A stretch of 64,000 nt of DNA, taken from NCBI GenBank assembly GCA_963666115.2, contig CAXXET010000004.1:1-64000 (forward strand), in the 5' to 3' direction. This document shows, piece after piece, positions 10,600 through 19,849 of the stretch (positions within the stretch are counted from its first letter, which is position 1; the number at the start of each line of letters is the position of its first letter). The notes beneath the pieces were generated by a model. It was not told the origin of the DNA. It saw only the letters and a list, made by a program, of their open reading frames with translations, and made no database searches. Made by a program: the position numbers and the translations under genes. The DNA comes from Dehalococcoidia bacterium (lineage in GTDB: Bacteria; Chloroflexota; Dehalococcoidia; UBA6926).

Positions 10600-11808
10600 C
10601 TATCGCGGGAGGCCCAGGCCGCGCCAGGCTATTATGTTGGCGCCGAGGGCGATGCCTCCGCCGCCGCCGGACTCGTTCTGGGAGAGCATGTAGTGTGTGC
10701 CGTAGATGCCGTCGCCGGGCGCGCGATGCTCGCCCTTGTGCAGCGCAACATACGGCCCCAGCGCCCGCGCGAACGTCGGCCAGAGCCAGTACTTGGACGT
10801 GTGGAGCACGCGCCAGCCGGACATCGCGCCCTCCGCCTGGGGAACCTCTCCCGCCGCCTGCATCGCCGCCACGCGATACGCCAGCATCCGGTCGATTTCA
10901 AGCGTGACGCGCAGGTCTGCCAACTGGTGCCGCGTGACGCCGTTGTCCAGGATCGACTCCCCGTTGAAGTTCAGATCGCGCGCCATGGCGATGAACCGGT
11001 CAAAGACGCCGATCTGCCGCGCGGCGTTGTCGATGCCCGTCCGCTCGAAATTGAGCGTCGTCATAGCCGCGTACCAGCCGCGGTTCATCTCGCCGATGAG
11101 ATACCGCTTCGGCACGCGAACTTCATCCATGAAGACCTCATTCCACCGGCGGGTGCCGAAGAAGTCATAGAGGGGCCGCAGCGTGATGCCGGGCATCATG
11201 TTGCCGTCGTCGTCCTTCAACTGCATGGCCAGGTACGTGATGCCGCGATGCTTCGGCGCGTTCGGGTCGGTGCGGACGAGGATGTGATACCAGTTGGAGA
11301 AATGCGACCCGGACGACCATATCTTTTGGCCGGTCACAACGATGTCGTCGCCGTCTTCCACGCCGCGCGTCTGGAGGCTGGCAAGGTCTGTTCCCGCGTT
11401 CGGCTCGCTGTAGCCCTGCGCCCAGTCGATATCCGCAGTGGCCATCCCGGGGAGGAATTGTTCCTTGAGCCAGTCGGAGCCGTGGAACATGATCGCGCCG
11501 GTGATGTTGGCGCTCGGCGTGCCCTCCGGGGCGTCCGCGTATCCAAGTTCCTCCATGTAGACGAACTGGTTGTCAAACGGGGCATTCGCGCCGCCGAACT
11601 CCTCCGGCCAGTGCATCGTGTACCAGCCCTTATCGACGAGCTTCTTGATGAACTCATGGTCATTTTGCCGCGATTCGGCGTTCGCGAAGTCCATCGAGCG
11701 GACGTTGATGGAGTGGGCCTCGAAGTCCTTCGGGTCCCAGTTGTCTTTCAGGAACGAGCGAACTTCGTCGCGGAATGTCTCGGCTTCGGTCGATAGTCGA
11801 AAGTCCAT
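10600..11808 (-). CDS. Acyl-CoA dehydrogenase (FadE26-like group)
   Basis: WPEEFGG, QGYSEPNAGTDLASL, GQKIWSS, KHRGIT, NEVFMDEVRVP, TLNFER and C-terminal LGLPR. Confidence 0.9.
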   Translation of the reverse strand: MDFRLSTEAETFRDEVRSFLKDNWDPKDFEAHSINVRSMDFANAESRQNDHEFIKKLVDKGWYTMHWPEEFGGANAPFDNQFVYMEELGYADAPEGTPSANITGAIMFHGSDWLKEQFLPGMATADIDWAQGYSEPNAGTDLASLQTRGVEDGDDIVVTGQKIWSSGSHFSNWYHILVRTDPNAPKHRGITYLAMQLKDDDGNMMPGITLRPLYDFFGTRRWNEVFMDEVRVPKRYLIGEMNRGWYAAMTTLNFERTGIDNAARQIGVFDRFIAMARDLNFNGESILDNGVTRHQLADLRVTLEIDRMLAYRVAAMQAAGEVPQAEGAMSGWRVLHTSKYWLWPTFARALGPYVALHKGEHRAPGDGIYGTHYMLSQNESGGGGGIALGANIIAWRGLGLPR

Positions 11809-11826
11809 CAGAGGCCTCCTTTTGGG

Positions 11827-12357
11827 TTAGCGTAGCAGATTGGGGGACTGGGACTGAATGGATGAGGATTGGACGGCGTCGCACATGGCGACTGCCAGGG
11901 CGTCGGTGGCGTCTGCCGGCACGTTGCCCTCCGGCATCGTCACCTGGAGGCGCAGCAGCCGCGCGACATCATCCTTGGTTGCCCTGCCGTGGCCGGCGAC
12001 GGTGCTCTTGACCTTCGCGGGCGCATACTGGCGCACGGGGATGCCGCGCTCCGCCGCGATGACGAGCGCGACGCCGCGCGCCTCGCCCACGGAAAAGGCG
12101 GCCTTGACGTTTCGCCCGACGAACGGGCTTTCAATGGCGATGGCGTCCGGACTCAGCCGCCCGACAACCTCCAGCAGTCCCTCGCGCAGCCGCAGGAGCC
12201 GCATCTCCAACGGATCATCCCGCTTGAGGCGAACGACGCCGCACTCCACGAATGAATGGGGGCTGCCGTCGTCCCGCGTATCGAGCACGCCGTAGCCCGC
12301 AACTTGTGTTCCGGGATCGATGCCGAGGACGCGCGCCATGACGGGCCGCCGTGTCAC
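11827..12357 (-). CDS. ruvC: Crossover junction endodeoxyribonuclease RuvC
   Basis: VLGIDPG, AIESPF, GEARGV, G.GRATK and DATDALAVA. Confidence 0.96.
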   Translation of the reverse strand: MTRRPVMARVLGIDPGTQVAGYGVLDTRDDGSPHSFVECGVVRLKRDDPLEMRLLRLREGLLEVVGRLSPDAIAIESPFVGRNVKAAFSVGEARGVALVIAAERGIPVRQYAPAKVKSTVAGHGRATKDDVARLLRLQVTMPEGNVPADATDALAVAMCDAVQSSSIQSQSPNLLR

Positions 12358-12363
12358 GCGGGC

Positions 12364-13119
12364 CTAGACGGCCGCGGCGTCTTCCAGCACTTCCGCGGGG
12401 AAATTGGCGTTGGTGTAGACCTGCTGAACGTCATCGAGTTCATCGAGCCGCTCCAGCAGGCGGAGATTCTGCTTCGCCGCCGGCACTTCAAGGTCAACCT
12501 GCGTCTTTGGGCGCATGGTGATTTCCGCCTGCACGACCTTCGCGCCCTGCCCCGCCATTGCCTCCCGGACTGACTCAAGCTGCGCCGGGGCGGTGTAGAC
12601 TTCCAGTTGGCCGCCATCCGGGTCGCTCACGTCCTCCGCGCCCGCGTCGATGGCGGACAGCGCCACGTCCTCAAGCTCCTCGTCGGAACCCTCAACGACG
12701 ATGGTGCCTGTGTTGTCGAAGATCCAGTTGACGCTGCCGACCTCACCGATGTTGCCGCCCTGCCTGCTGAACGTGGAGCGAACCTCGTTTGAGGTGCGGT
12801 TGCGGTTGTCCGTCAGCGTGTGCACCAGCACAGCCGCGCCGCCCGCGCCGTACCCCTCGTACCAGATTTCCTCCAGAGAATCGCCGTTGTCGCCGCCCGC
12901 AATCTTCTTGAGGGTGCGGTCGATGTTGTCGTTGGGCATCCCTGAGTCCTTGGCGCGCTGAACGGCCAGGCGCAGGCGCGGGTTGAACTCAGGATTGACG
13001 CCGCCGTCGCGGGCGGCGGTGGATATTTCGCGGGACAGCTTCGTGAACAGTCTGGCGCGCTTGGCGTCATTCGCGCCTTTCTGCCGCTGAATCGTCGACC
13101 AATGAGAGTGTCCTGACAT
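12364..13119 (-). CDS. yebC: YebC/PmpR family protein
   Basis: MSGHSHWSTI..KGANDAKR, NPRLRLA, YEGYG.GG, TDNRNRT and DDVQQVYTN. Confidence 0.96.
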   Translation of the reverse strand: MSGHSHWSTIQRQKGANDAKRARLFTKLSREISTAARDGGVNPEFNPRLRLAVQRAKDSGMPNDNIDRTLKKIAGGDNGDSLEEIWYEGYGAGGAAVLVHTLTDNRNRTSNEVRSTFSRQGGNIGEVGSVNWIFDNTGTIVVEGSDEELEDVALSAIDAGAEDVSDPDGGQLEVYTAPAQLESVREAMAGQGAKVVQAEITMRPKTQVDLEVPAAKQNLRLLERLDELDDVQQVYTNANFPAEVLEDAAAV

Positions 13120-13155
13120 GGTTTTAGTTTACGTCATTTGGGCGAAGTGGGGTTG

Positions 13156-13190
13156 CCCTCACCCTAACCCTCTCCCAGAGGGAGAGGGGA
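13156..13190 (+). repeat. Palindromic repeat family B (CCCTCACCCTAACCCTCTCCCAGAGGGAGAGGGGA)
   Basis: Hairpin CCCTCTCCC-AGA-GGGAGAGGG; 34/35 identical to the copy at 24028-24062; lies just after the rimM stop. Confidence 0.8.
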
Positions 13191-13784
13191 CTAAGAGCGG
13201 CGGCGCCTGCGACGGCGGCGGCGCTGCTGGGTGGGTTGGTCTTGCGGTTGTTCGGGTTCGGTGGACGGGAATAGTCCCTCTATGGGCTGCACTCGGATGA
13301 CGGCGTTCTCACGGTCGATCGTGACGACTTCGTCCGTATTCGGAACGAGCGTTTCCGGTCGGCCCTCCGCGCGGACAACCAGCACGTCGTTCACGCCGGT
13401 CTCGATGATGTCTTCGACAGCGCCGATCTCTTCCCCGTCAGGCTCGGTGACGACGGTCATTCCGATTAGCTGGAACCGGTAGTAGGCGCCGTCCGGCAAG
13501 GGGATGACGTCCTCTTCGCGGATATCGAGCGTTGCGCCGCGCGGGATTGTTTCGGCCTGCGTGCGGGAGCGGACTTCATCGAGTTGGACGATGAGACGGT
13601 TCGGGCCGGTGGCGCGGGCGCCTGCAACGGTCACGGCCTTTTCCGTGAGGAAGAGCTTGCTGCCCGGCTCAAACCGCTGGGGAAAGTCCGTCAGGACTTC
13701 TACCTTGAGTTCGCCCCTGACGCCAAATGCGCCGCTGATGCGACCGACCGCGACGTACGGCGATGAGGTGAAGCGTCGAGCCAC
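13191..13784 (-). CDS. rimM: 16S rRNA processing protein RimM
   Basis: VGRISGAFGVRGELKV..LTDFPQRF, YYRFQLIG and IETGVNDVLVV; conserved position after rpsP-khpA. Confidence 0.94.
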   Translation of the reverse strand: MARRFTSSPYVAVGRISGAFGVRGELKVEVLTDFPQRFEPGSKLFLTEKAVTVAGARATGPNRLIVQLDEVRSRTQAETIPRGATLDIREEDVIPLPDGAYYRFQLIGMTVVTEPDGEEIGAVEDIIETGVNDVLVVRAEGRPETLVPNTDEVVTIDRENAVIRVQPIEGLFPSTEPEQPQDQPTQQRRRRRRRRRS

Positions 13785-13796
13785 AGTCCTGGCGCT

Positions 13797-14027
13797 CTAG
13801 ACGATCTCCAGACTGGCTCTCACGCCGCGCCTGATGGCGGCAATCCTGAGCACTGTGCGGATGGCTTCGGCGACGCGGCCTCCACGGCCAATCACCTTGC
13901 CCTTGTCGCCCTCCGCGACCGTCAGGCTAATCAGGATCCGGCCATCCTCACCGACGCTTTCGGTGACGCGAACCGAATCCTTGTCTTCGACAATGCTCAT
14001 AGCGATAAATTCAACGAGTTCCTTCAC
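13797..14027 (-). CDS. khpA: KH domain RNA-binding protein KhpA
   Basis: MKELVEFIA and DKGKVIGRGGRVAEAIRTVL; located between rpsP and rimM. Confidence 0.92.
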   Translation of the reverse strand: MKELVEFIAMSIVEDKDSVRVTESVGEDGRILISLTVAEGDKGKVIGRGGRVAEAIRTVLRIAAIRRGVRASLEIV

Positions 14028-14061
14028 GATGTCATCCCACCTGCCACTGCCGGGCGTCTTC

Positions 14062-14310
14062 TTATGCCGACGCGATTATGCCCTGCCGCCGAAAGAGCTT
14101 GGTTACAGCTTCACTTGGCTGAGCGCCCCTGCTCAACCACTCACGCGCCTTATCGTGATCAACCTGGAGAGACTCGGGGCCGGTGCGCGGGTTGTAGTGC
14201 CCGATGATCTCGACAAACGCCCCGTCTCGCGGCGCCCGTTGGTCGGCCACCACGACGCGGTAGTGCGGTTGCTTTCGGAAGCCCTTCCGAGTCAGGCGGA
14301 TTCGCAGCAT
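14062..14310 (-). CDS. rpsP: 30S ribosomal protein S16
   Basis: MLRIRLTRKG..KQPHYRVVVAD.RAPRDG, GHYNP and W...GAQPS. Confidence 0.97.
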   Translation of the reverse strand: MLRIRLTRKGFRKQPHYRVVVADQRAPRDGAFVEIIGHYNPRTGPESLQVDHDKAREWLSRGAQPSEAVTKLFRRQGIIASA

Positions 14311-14462
14311 GTGTTCCTTTACCTTTGCAGCCCACGCCGCATGGATGGGTGGAATTGGTCGTGCCTTACCATTTGACCACAGTTAGCCCCATAGGGCAAA
14401 TGGCCTCGCCCATCGTTGACGGAACTTTCGGGCGTCAAATACGATTGTTCCGCGAGGAACCA

Positions 14463-14936
14463 TTGACTGCGCACGATTCCCCCTTTGATGAACAGGACGC
14501 CCCACGGCGCGGGCGATTCAACGTCCGCCTGCTCCTGGGCGCAGGCGTGATTGCCCTTGTTGTCGCGTACCTGATCTTCCTGTCCCTCGATGCCGCCACC
14601 GCCGCCTACATGAACGTGGACGAGCTGGCCGCCGCGCCGGACATCACGGAGGAGCGCCGCCTGCGGGTGGGCGGCACGGTGACGCCGGGCAGCATCGTCC
14701 GCGGGGAGGACCTGCTCTACGAATTCGAGGTGCGCGGCGACGAGGCCGCGATTCCCGTCGTCTACCAGGGAGCGCCCCCGGACATCTTCGGTGACAACGC
14801 GGTCGTGTTCATCGAGGGCTATTACACGCCCGGCGGCACGTTCAATGCCGACGTCCTGCTGACACGCCACCCGGACACCATGGAGCCGCTGCCGGAAGGC
14901 GCGACGGCTCCCAACTACGAGCCGACGTACGAATAG
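14463..14936 (+). CDS. ccmE: Cytochrome c maturation heme chaperone CcmE
   Basis: N-terminal TM, LRVGGTV.PGSI, V.Y.G.PPD.F and F.AD.LLT.H. TTG start at 14463 follows GAGGA (the ORF track extends to 14325). Confidence 0.88.
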   Translation: MTAHDSPFDEQDAPRRGRFNVRLLLGAGVIALVVAYLIFLSLDAATAAYMNVDELAAAPDITEERRLRVGGTVTPGSIVRGEDLLYEFEVRGDEAAIPVVYQGAPPDIFGDNAVVFIEGYYTPGGTFNADVLLTRHPDTMEPLPEGATAPNYEPTYE

Positions 14937-14951
14937 GCAATCGGCGACGCC

Positions 14952-16952
14952 ATGCAGCTTTCCGACGCCGGCTACATCGCGCTGATTCTCGCGCTTGGCG
15001 CCGCGCTGTACGGCAGCGCCGCGTCCGCGTTGGGGGCGCGCCTGTCCATCGCTCCGTTGACGGCCAGCGGGCGCAATGCGGTCTACGTCGTGGCCGCGCT
15101 TCTCGTCATGACGGCTTCGATTCTCGTGTATTCCTTCGTCACGCAGGACTTTGGGCTGCGCTACGTGACGCTCCACTCCAGCACGGCCATGCCCTGGTAC
15201 TACACGCTGTCCGCGTTCTACGCCGGCCAGGAAGGCTCCCTGCTCTACTGGTCAACGCTGCTCGCGGTGTTTGGAAGCGTGATGATGTACGTGATGCGGC
15301 GGCGGTACCCGGCGCTGATGGGCTACGCGAATGCCGTCATCCTTGCCAACCTGGCCTTCTTCCTGGGCGTGCTGGTGTTCTTTGCCAATCCCATGGCGCG
15401 CCTCCCCGCCACGATGCCGGACGGCGTGGGACTGAACCCCCTGCTCCAGGACCCGGGGATGCTGGTGCATCCTCCCATGCTGCTGGCCGGGTACATGAGC
15501 TGGACGCTTCCCTTTGCCATCGGAATCGCCGCGCTGGCGACGGGCCGCGTGGGAGTGGAGTGGACGCGCGCGCTGCGGACGCCGACTCTCATCGCCTGGA
15601 GCATCCAGACCGCCGGGCTCATCCTGGGCGGGTGGTGGGCGTACCACGTGCTGGGATGGGGCGGCTACTGGGGCTGGGACCCGGTGGAGAACGTCGCGTT
15701 CCTGCCCTGGCTCACCGGCACCGCGTTCCTGCACTCCGTGATGGTGGTGGAGCGGCGGGGCAAGCTCAAGGTATGGACGCTGAGCCTCGTGTTTGCGACG
15801 TACCTGCTGGCCATATTCGGAACGTTCATCGTGCGCAGCGGCATCCTGAGTTCCGTCCACAATTTCGCGGAGTCGGACGTTGGCGGGCTGTTCCTGGGGT
15901 ACTTCGTGGGGGCGATGGCGCTGCCGCTCATCCTCCTCTTCTGGCGGCTGCCGCGCATTCGCGACGAGGAGGGGTTTGAGGCCGTCCTCTCGCGGGAGTC
16001 CGGCTTCCTCTTCAACAACGTGCTGCTGGTCAGCATCGCCTTCGCCACGTTCTGGGGCACCGTCTACCCGATGGTGTCCGAGGCTCTTGGCAACCAGCGC
16101 CTGACTGTGAGCGCGCCCTTCTATCTCAAGGTGAACGGGCCGCTGTTTCTCGCCCTGGTCCTGCTGATGGGCGTCGGGCCGCTGCTTGCGTGGCGAAAGT
16201 CGACCGGACAGGGCCTGTGGCGGCATCTGCGCGTGTCAGCGGCGGTTGGCGTCGTGACCGCGCTGATTCTCGCGCCCTTCTTGCGCGACGTGATTACGCC
16301 CATCGCGTTCGGGGCGTGCGCGTTCGTGCTGGCGACAATCGCGCAGGAATACGCGCGGGGCGTCCGCATCAGGCGGGGCACGACGCGGGAATCCTACCAG
16401 TCTGCCGTATCCGGCCTCGTCTCCCGCGACCGCCGCCGCTACGGCGGCTATCTCGTTCACGTTGCCATTGTCGTGCTCGGCATCGGCCTCATTGCCTCAA
16501 CGGCGTTCCAGTCCGCGACGGAGGTGAACCTGCTGCGCGGGGAGTCCGTGACCATCGACGATTACACCATCACGTACGCGGGAACGGCCTCGATACAAGA
16601 GCCGAACCGGCAGGTTTTCAGTTCACAGTTGATCGTCGAAGAGGACGGGGTGGACGTCGGGCAGCTCTTCCCCAAGACGCAGGTCTATCCCAACTTTGAG
16701 ACCCAGCCGACGAACCGCGTCGCCGTCCTCTCCACGTGGCGGCACGATCTCTATGTCTTCCAGGCGGGATTCGACGACGAGTCCGCGACGTTCGCCATCT
16801 TCATCAACCCGCTGATGACCCTGGTGTGGCTTGGCAGCGCCATGATCTTCCTCGCGCTGCTGATCACGGCGTGGCCCGGACGCGCCCCTGCCATGCGGCC
16901 GGTGTGGGAGCCGCTCAACCCGCCGGGCGCTGCCGCCCCAAGGCGTTCGTGA
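14952..16952 (+). CDS. ccmF: Heme lyase CcmF
   Basis: GQEGSLL.W, GLNPLLQ, HPP, LGWGGYWGWDPVEN, RSG...SVH.F and YGGYLVH. Confidence 0.96.
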   Translation: MQLSDAGYIALILALGAALYGSAASALGARLSIAPLTASGRNAVYVVAALLVMTASILVYSFVTQDFGLRYVTLHSSTAMPWYYTLSAFYAGQEGSLLYWSTLLAVFGSVMMYVMRRRYPALMGYANAVILANLAFFLGVLVFFANPMARLPATMPDGVGLNPLLQDPGMLVHPPMLLAGYMSWTLPFAIGIAALATGRVGVEWTRALRTPTLIAWSIQTAGLILGGWWAYHVLGWGGYWGWDPVENVAFLPWLTGTAFLHSVMVVERRGKLKVWTLSLVFATYLLAIFGTFIVRSGILSSVHNFAESDVGGLFLGYFVGAMALPLILLFWRLPRIRDEEGFEAVLSRESGFLFNNVLLVSIAFATFWGTVYPMVSEALGNQRLTVSAPFYLKVNGPLFLALVLLMGVGPLLAWRKSTGQGLWRHLRVSAAVGVVTALILAPFLRDVITPIAFGACAFVLATIAQEYARGVRIRRGTTRESYQSAVSGLVSRDRRRYGGYLVHVAIVVLGIGLIASTAFQSATEVNLLRGESVTIDDYTITYAGTASIQEPNRQVFSSQLIVEEDGVDVGQLFPKTQVYPNFETQPTNRVAVLSTWRHDLYVFQAGFDDESATFAIFINPLMTLVWLGSAMIFLALLITAWPGRAPAMRPVWEPLNPPGAAAPRRS

Positions 16953-16973
16953 ACCGGGGCTGCGAGAACCGCT

Positions 16974-17501
16974 ATGTCCATATCATTGATTGCAGGGCTG
17001 GTCGTGGGACTGATTCTGATACTGGCCGCGCCGACTATCGTGCTCGGTCAAAGCGGCGATTCGGAGGATTTCTCGCGCCAGGAGCTTGAACTCCTGGCGC
17101 TCTCACCGCAGGCACGCGCCATCGCCACCAAGCTCCAGTGCCCCGTCTGCGACGGGCAGCCCATCACGGAGTCCAACGCCACCATCGCCCGCCAGATGAA
17201 AGCCCGCGTCCAGCAGCTCGTCGACGACGGCGCGACCGAGGATGAGATTCTCGACTTTTTCGTTGAGCGGTACGGCCCCGCCGTACTGCGGGAGCCGCGT
17301 CCGGAGGGCATCGGCTGGGGCGTCTGGCTCGCGCCGCCCATCATGGCAGTATTCGGGCTGATCATCGTGTACTTCGGCCTCCGCAGCGGCAGGAGAGGAC
17401 GCGCCCAAACGCAGCCCACGCAGCCCGCCCGGCCATCCATGACGGACGACGATGAAATCGTTGCGCGCGAAATCGGGCGCATAACGAAAGACACGAATTG
17501 A
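16974..17501 (+). CDS. ccmH: Cytochrome c biogenesis protein CcmH
   Basis: LQCPVCDGQPITESNA.IA..M, FFVERYG..VL.EP and W..P followed by a TM. Confidence 0.92.
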   Translation: MSISLIAGLVVGLILILAAPTIVLGQSGDSEDFSRQELELLALSPQARAIATKLQCPVCDGQPITESNATIARQMKARVQQLVDDGATEDEILDFFVERYGPAVLREPRPEGIGWGVWLAPPIMAVFGLIIVYFGLRSGRRGRAQTQPTQPARPSMTDDDEIVAREIGRITKDTN

Positions 17502-17508
17502 GGCGCGG

Positions 17509-17859
17509 GTGGACCTGGTTCCCATCGTCCTAACCCTGCTGGCTGTTGCCGTGACGGTCGTGGGAATCGCATTTCCCCTGATCCGGGCGCGGGGCGCGGA
17601 CGAGGCGACTGCCCGCGCGGACGAGCTTTCGGACCTTGGCCGCATGAGAGAGGCGCGCAACGAGGCGCTGACGGCCATCATGGACCTGGACGACGAGTTG
17701 GAGCGTGGCAACGTTTCCGAGGGCGAATACCGGGCCGCGCGTGTCCTGTTGGTACGCCGCGCCGCCGCCCTGATCCGCGAGATAGAGGGGCGTGAGCAGG
17801 TTCTGGATGAGGAGATTGAGCGGGTGGTGCGGCTTCAGCGGGAACGGCGGCCGCAATGA
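17509..17859 (+). CDS. Small membrane protein resembling the CcmI N-terminus
   Basis: One N-terminal TM and DLDDELERGNVSEGEY; inside the ccm operon, overlapping the next gene by 4 nt. Confidence 0.65.
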   Translation: MDLVPIVLTLLAVAVTVVGIAFPLIRARGADEATARADELSDLGRMREARNEALTAIMDLDDELERGNVSEGEYRAARVLLVRRAAALIREIEGREQVLDEEIERVVRLQRERRPQ

Positions 17860-19097
17860 AGGGGTGGATTCCCGCTTTCGCGGGAATGACGGGGTTGGGG
17901 GCGGGAATGACGGGGGGGGGGTTGCTGGTTCTGGCAACGTTGTTGACGGCTCTGCCTGCGGCGGCGCAGGAAACGGCGCCGGTTACGTTGGATGTTGTGG
18001 TTGTCAATGGGACGGCGGGGGCGTCCGTGCCGGAGGGGCTGATGGTGACACTCCAGGTGTTCGACTTGGCGAACAATTTGGAGCAGCGGCTGGACGTGGA
18101 GGCGGAAGCGGACGGCGTGGTGTCGTTCAACGGGGTCATCGGCGACGAGGACGTCACCTACACACTCTCGGCGGCGCACAACGAGATTCGCTTCTTCAGC
18201 GACGCCTATCTTTCCGGCATCGAACGCGACGGGCCGTTGACGCTGACCATCTTCGAGCCGACGTCCGATCCGTCCGTGATTCGCATCACCGGGGACAGTT
18301 CTGCGGTCACGCCGCCCGACGGTGATTCCGGCGTCCTCCGCGTCCTGCAGGTGACCACGTTCGAGAACGTCAGCGACATGGCTTACGTGGGAAACGATCC
18401 GCTCAACACGCGGCTCACCGTTCAACTCCCCCTGCCCGCCATGGCGTTCGACCTGGAGTCCGTCCACAGCCCCGGCAGCCTCGTGCTCGCGCCGGACAGC
18501 CGCGACGTGTACTCCATCATCCCCGTCATGCCGGGCGTCGAGGAATACATCGTCACGTACGGCATCCTGTACACGACGGACGTGTTCGCGTGGAGCAAGA
18601 CCTATCCCTACCCCACTGAAATCGCCCGCCTGCTGGTTCCCGCAGAGGTCTCGTTTCGCCCCGGCTCCGACTGGGCGCAGATGGAGGACTCAGAGGTGTC
18701 CGGCGTGACGTATGCTCGCTATGAGATGAGGTCGATCATCGCAGGCGAGACCCTCAGCGGCACAATCGCAGACCTGCCGCCAAGCGCCGGCTCACGCAGC
18801 CGCAGCCTGGAGCGGACGCTGCGCGACGTCGCGCTCGGCGTCGCAGCGGTTGCGCTCATCCTGGCGGCGGGTTTCACGGTCTGGTGGGGACGATTCCGCA
18901 ACCGCAGGCGCGGCGCGGCTCCCTCTCCTGCCGATCAGGAATTGGCACAGTCTCAACGAGACGACGCCGTCGCGGAATTGGCGCGGCTGGAGGACGCGAG
19001 AGAGGCCGGGGACATCTCCGACGAGGAGTACGAGGAGGCGTCCGCGCCGCACCGTGAACGACTGCGCCGCATCCTGGAGGAGGAACGCGCGCGATGA
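17856..19097 (+). CDS. Exported membrane-anchored protein in the ccm operon, function unknown
   Basis: Signal peptide, beta-rich domain, C-terminal TM and LARLEDAREAGDISDEEYE tail; ATGA overlaps on both sides. Confidence 0.7.
   Translation: MKGWIPAFAGMTGLGAGMTGGGLLVLATLLTALPAAAQETAPVTLDVVVVNGTAGASVPEGLMVTLQVFDLANNLEQRLDVEAEADGVVSFNGVIGDEDVTYTLSAAHNEIRFFSDAYLSGIERDGPLTLTIFEPTSDPSVIRITGDSSAVTPPDGDSGVLRVLQVTTFENVSDMAYVGNDPLNTRLTVQLPLPAMAFDLESVHSPGSLVLAPDSRDVYSIIPVMPGVEEYIVTYGILYTTDVFAWSKTYPYPTEIARLLVPAEVSFRPGSDWAQMEDSEVSGVTYARYEMRSIIAGETLSGTIADLPPSAGSRSRSLERTLRDVALGVAAVALILAAGFTVWWGRFRNRRRGAAPSPADQELAQSQRDDAVAELARLEDAREAGDISDEEYEEASAPHRERLRRILEEERAR
17865..17911 (-). repeat. Palindromic repeat family A, full plus partial copy, inside the 5' coding region
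   Basis: TGGATTCCCGCTTTCGCGGGAATGAC, followed at a 21-nt offset by a second GCGGGAATGAC. Confidence 0.8.
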
Positions 19098-19849
19098 CCG
19101 CCGAGCGCAGCAGCAGTTCCCCGCCGCAGCCCGTCGTGCGATGCGCCGGCCTGGAGAAATCCTATGGGCGGCGACCCGCGATCCGGAATCTAAATCTGAC
19201 GATCGACGTTGGGGAGCGCATTGCCCTGTTCGGCGAGAACGGGGCGGGAAAGTCAACGCTGCTGCAACTCATCTCAGGCCTCCTGCGCCCAAGCGGCGGC
19301 GGCATTCGCGTCTTTGGAGGGCAGCCGTGGGGTGGTGAGGGCGCCCGCGCGCGAGCGCAAATCGGCGCGCTCAGCCACCAAAGCCACCTGTACGAGGAAC
19401 TGTCCGCGCGGGAGAACCTGGCGCTGTACGGCAAGCTCTACGGCGTGGCCGACCCACACGCCCGCGCGGACGCGCTCATATCCGAGTTCGGCCTGGCGGG
19501 GCGGCGCGTCGATCCGGTGCGAACGCTGTCGCGCGGCATGACACAGCGGGTGTCCCTGATGCGCGCGCTGATCCATCAACCGGCGCTGCTGCTGCTGGAT
19601 GAGCCGGAAACCGGCCTCGATGCCACGTCCCGCGAAAGGCTCGCGCAGCACATCACGGAGGAGGAGGCGGGCGTGACGGTCATCCTGGCAACGCACAACA
19701 TCGAGATGGGGGTCTCGCTGACGACGCGCGACATCGTGCTGCGCAACGGCGAAATCGCCTACGATTCCGCATCGCTCGGCGAGCAGGCAGCAGACGCGGA
19801 CCGCCGGCGTGACGAAGTAACCCGCCGCCTTGCGTCACAGGCGCGTTGA
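19094..19849 (+). CDS. ccmA: Heme ABC exporter ATP-binding protein CcmA
   Basis: GENGAGKS, LYEELSARENL, LSRGMTQR and LLLLDEP; ccm context. Confidence 0.9.
   Translation: MTAERSSSSPPQPVVRCAGLEKSYGRRPAIRNLNLTIDVGERIALFGENGAGKSTLLQLISGLLRPSGGGIRVFGGQPWGGEGARARAQIGALSHQSHLYEELSARENLALYGKLYGVADPHARADALISEFGLAGRRVDPVRTLSRGMTQRVSLMRALIHQPALLLLDEPETGLDATSRERLAQHITEEEAGVTVILATHNIEMGVSLTTRDIVLRNGEIAYDSASLGEQAADADRRRDEVTRRLASQAR

Noticed and set aside
10315-11796. 493-aa ORF (likewise 24386-26107 and 47703-49154)
   Set aside because: These overlap well-supported genes in other frames and have shadow-like composition.
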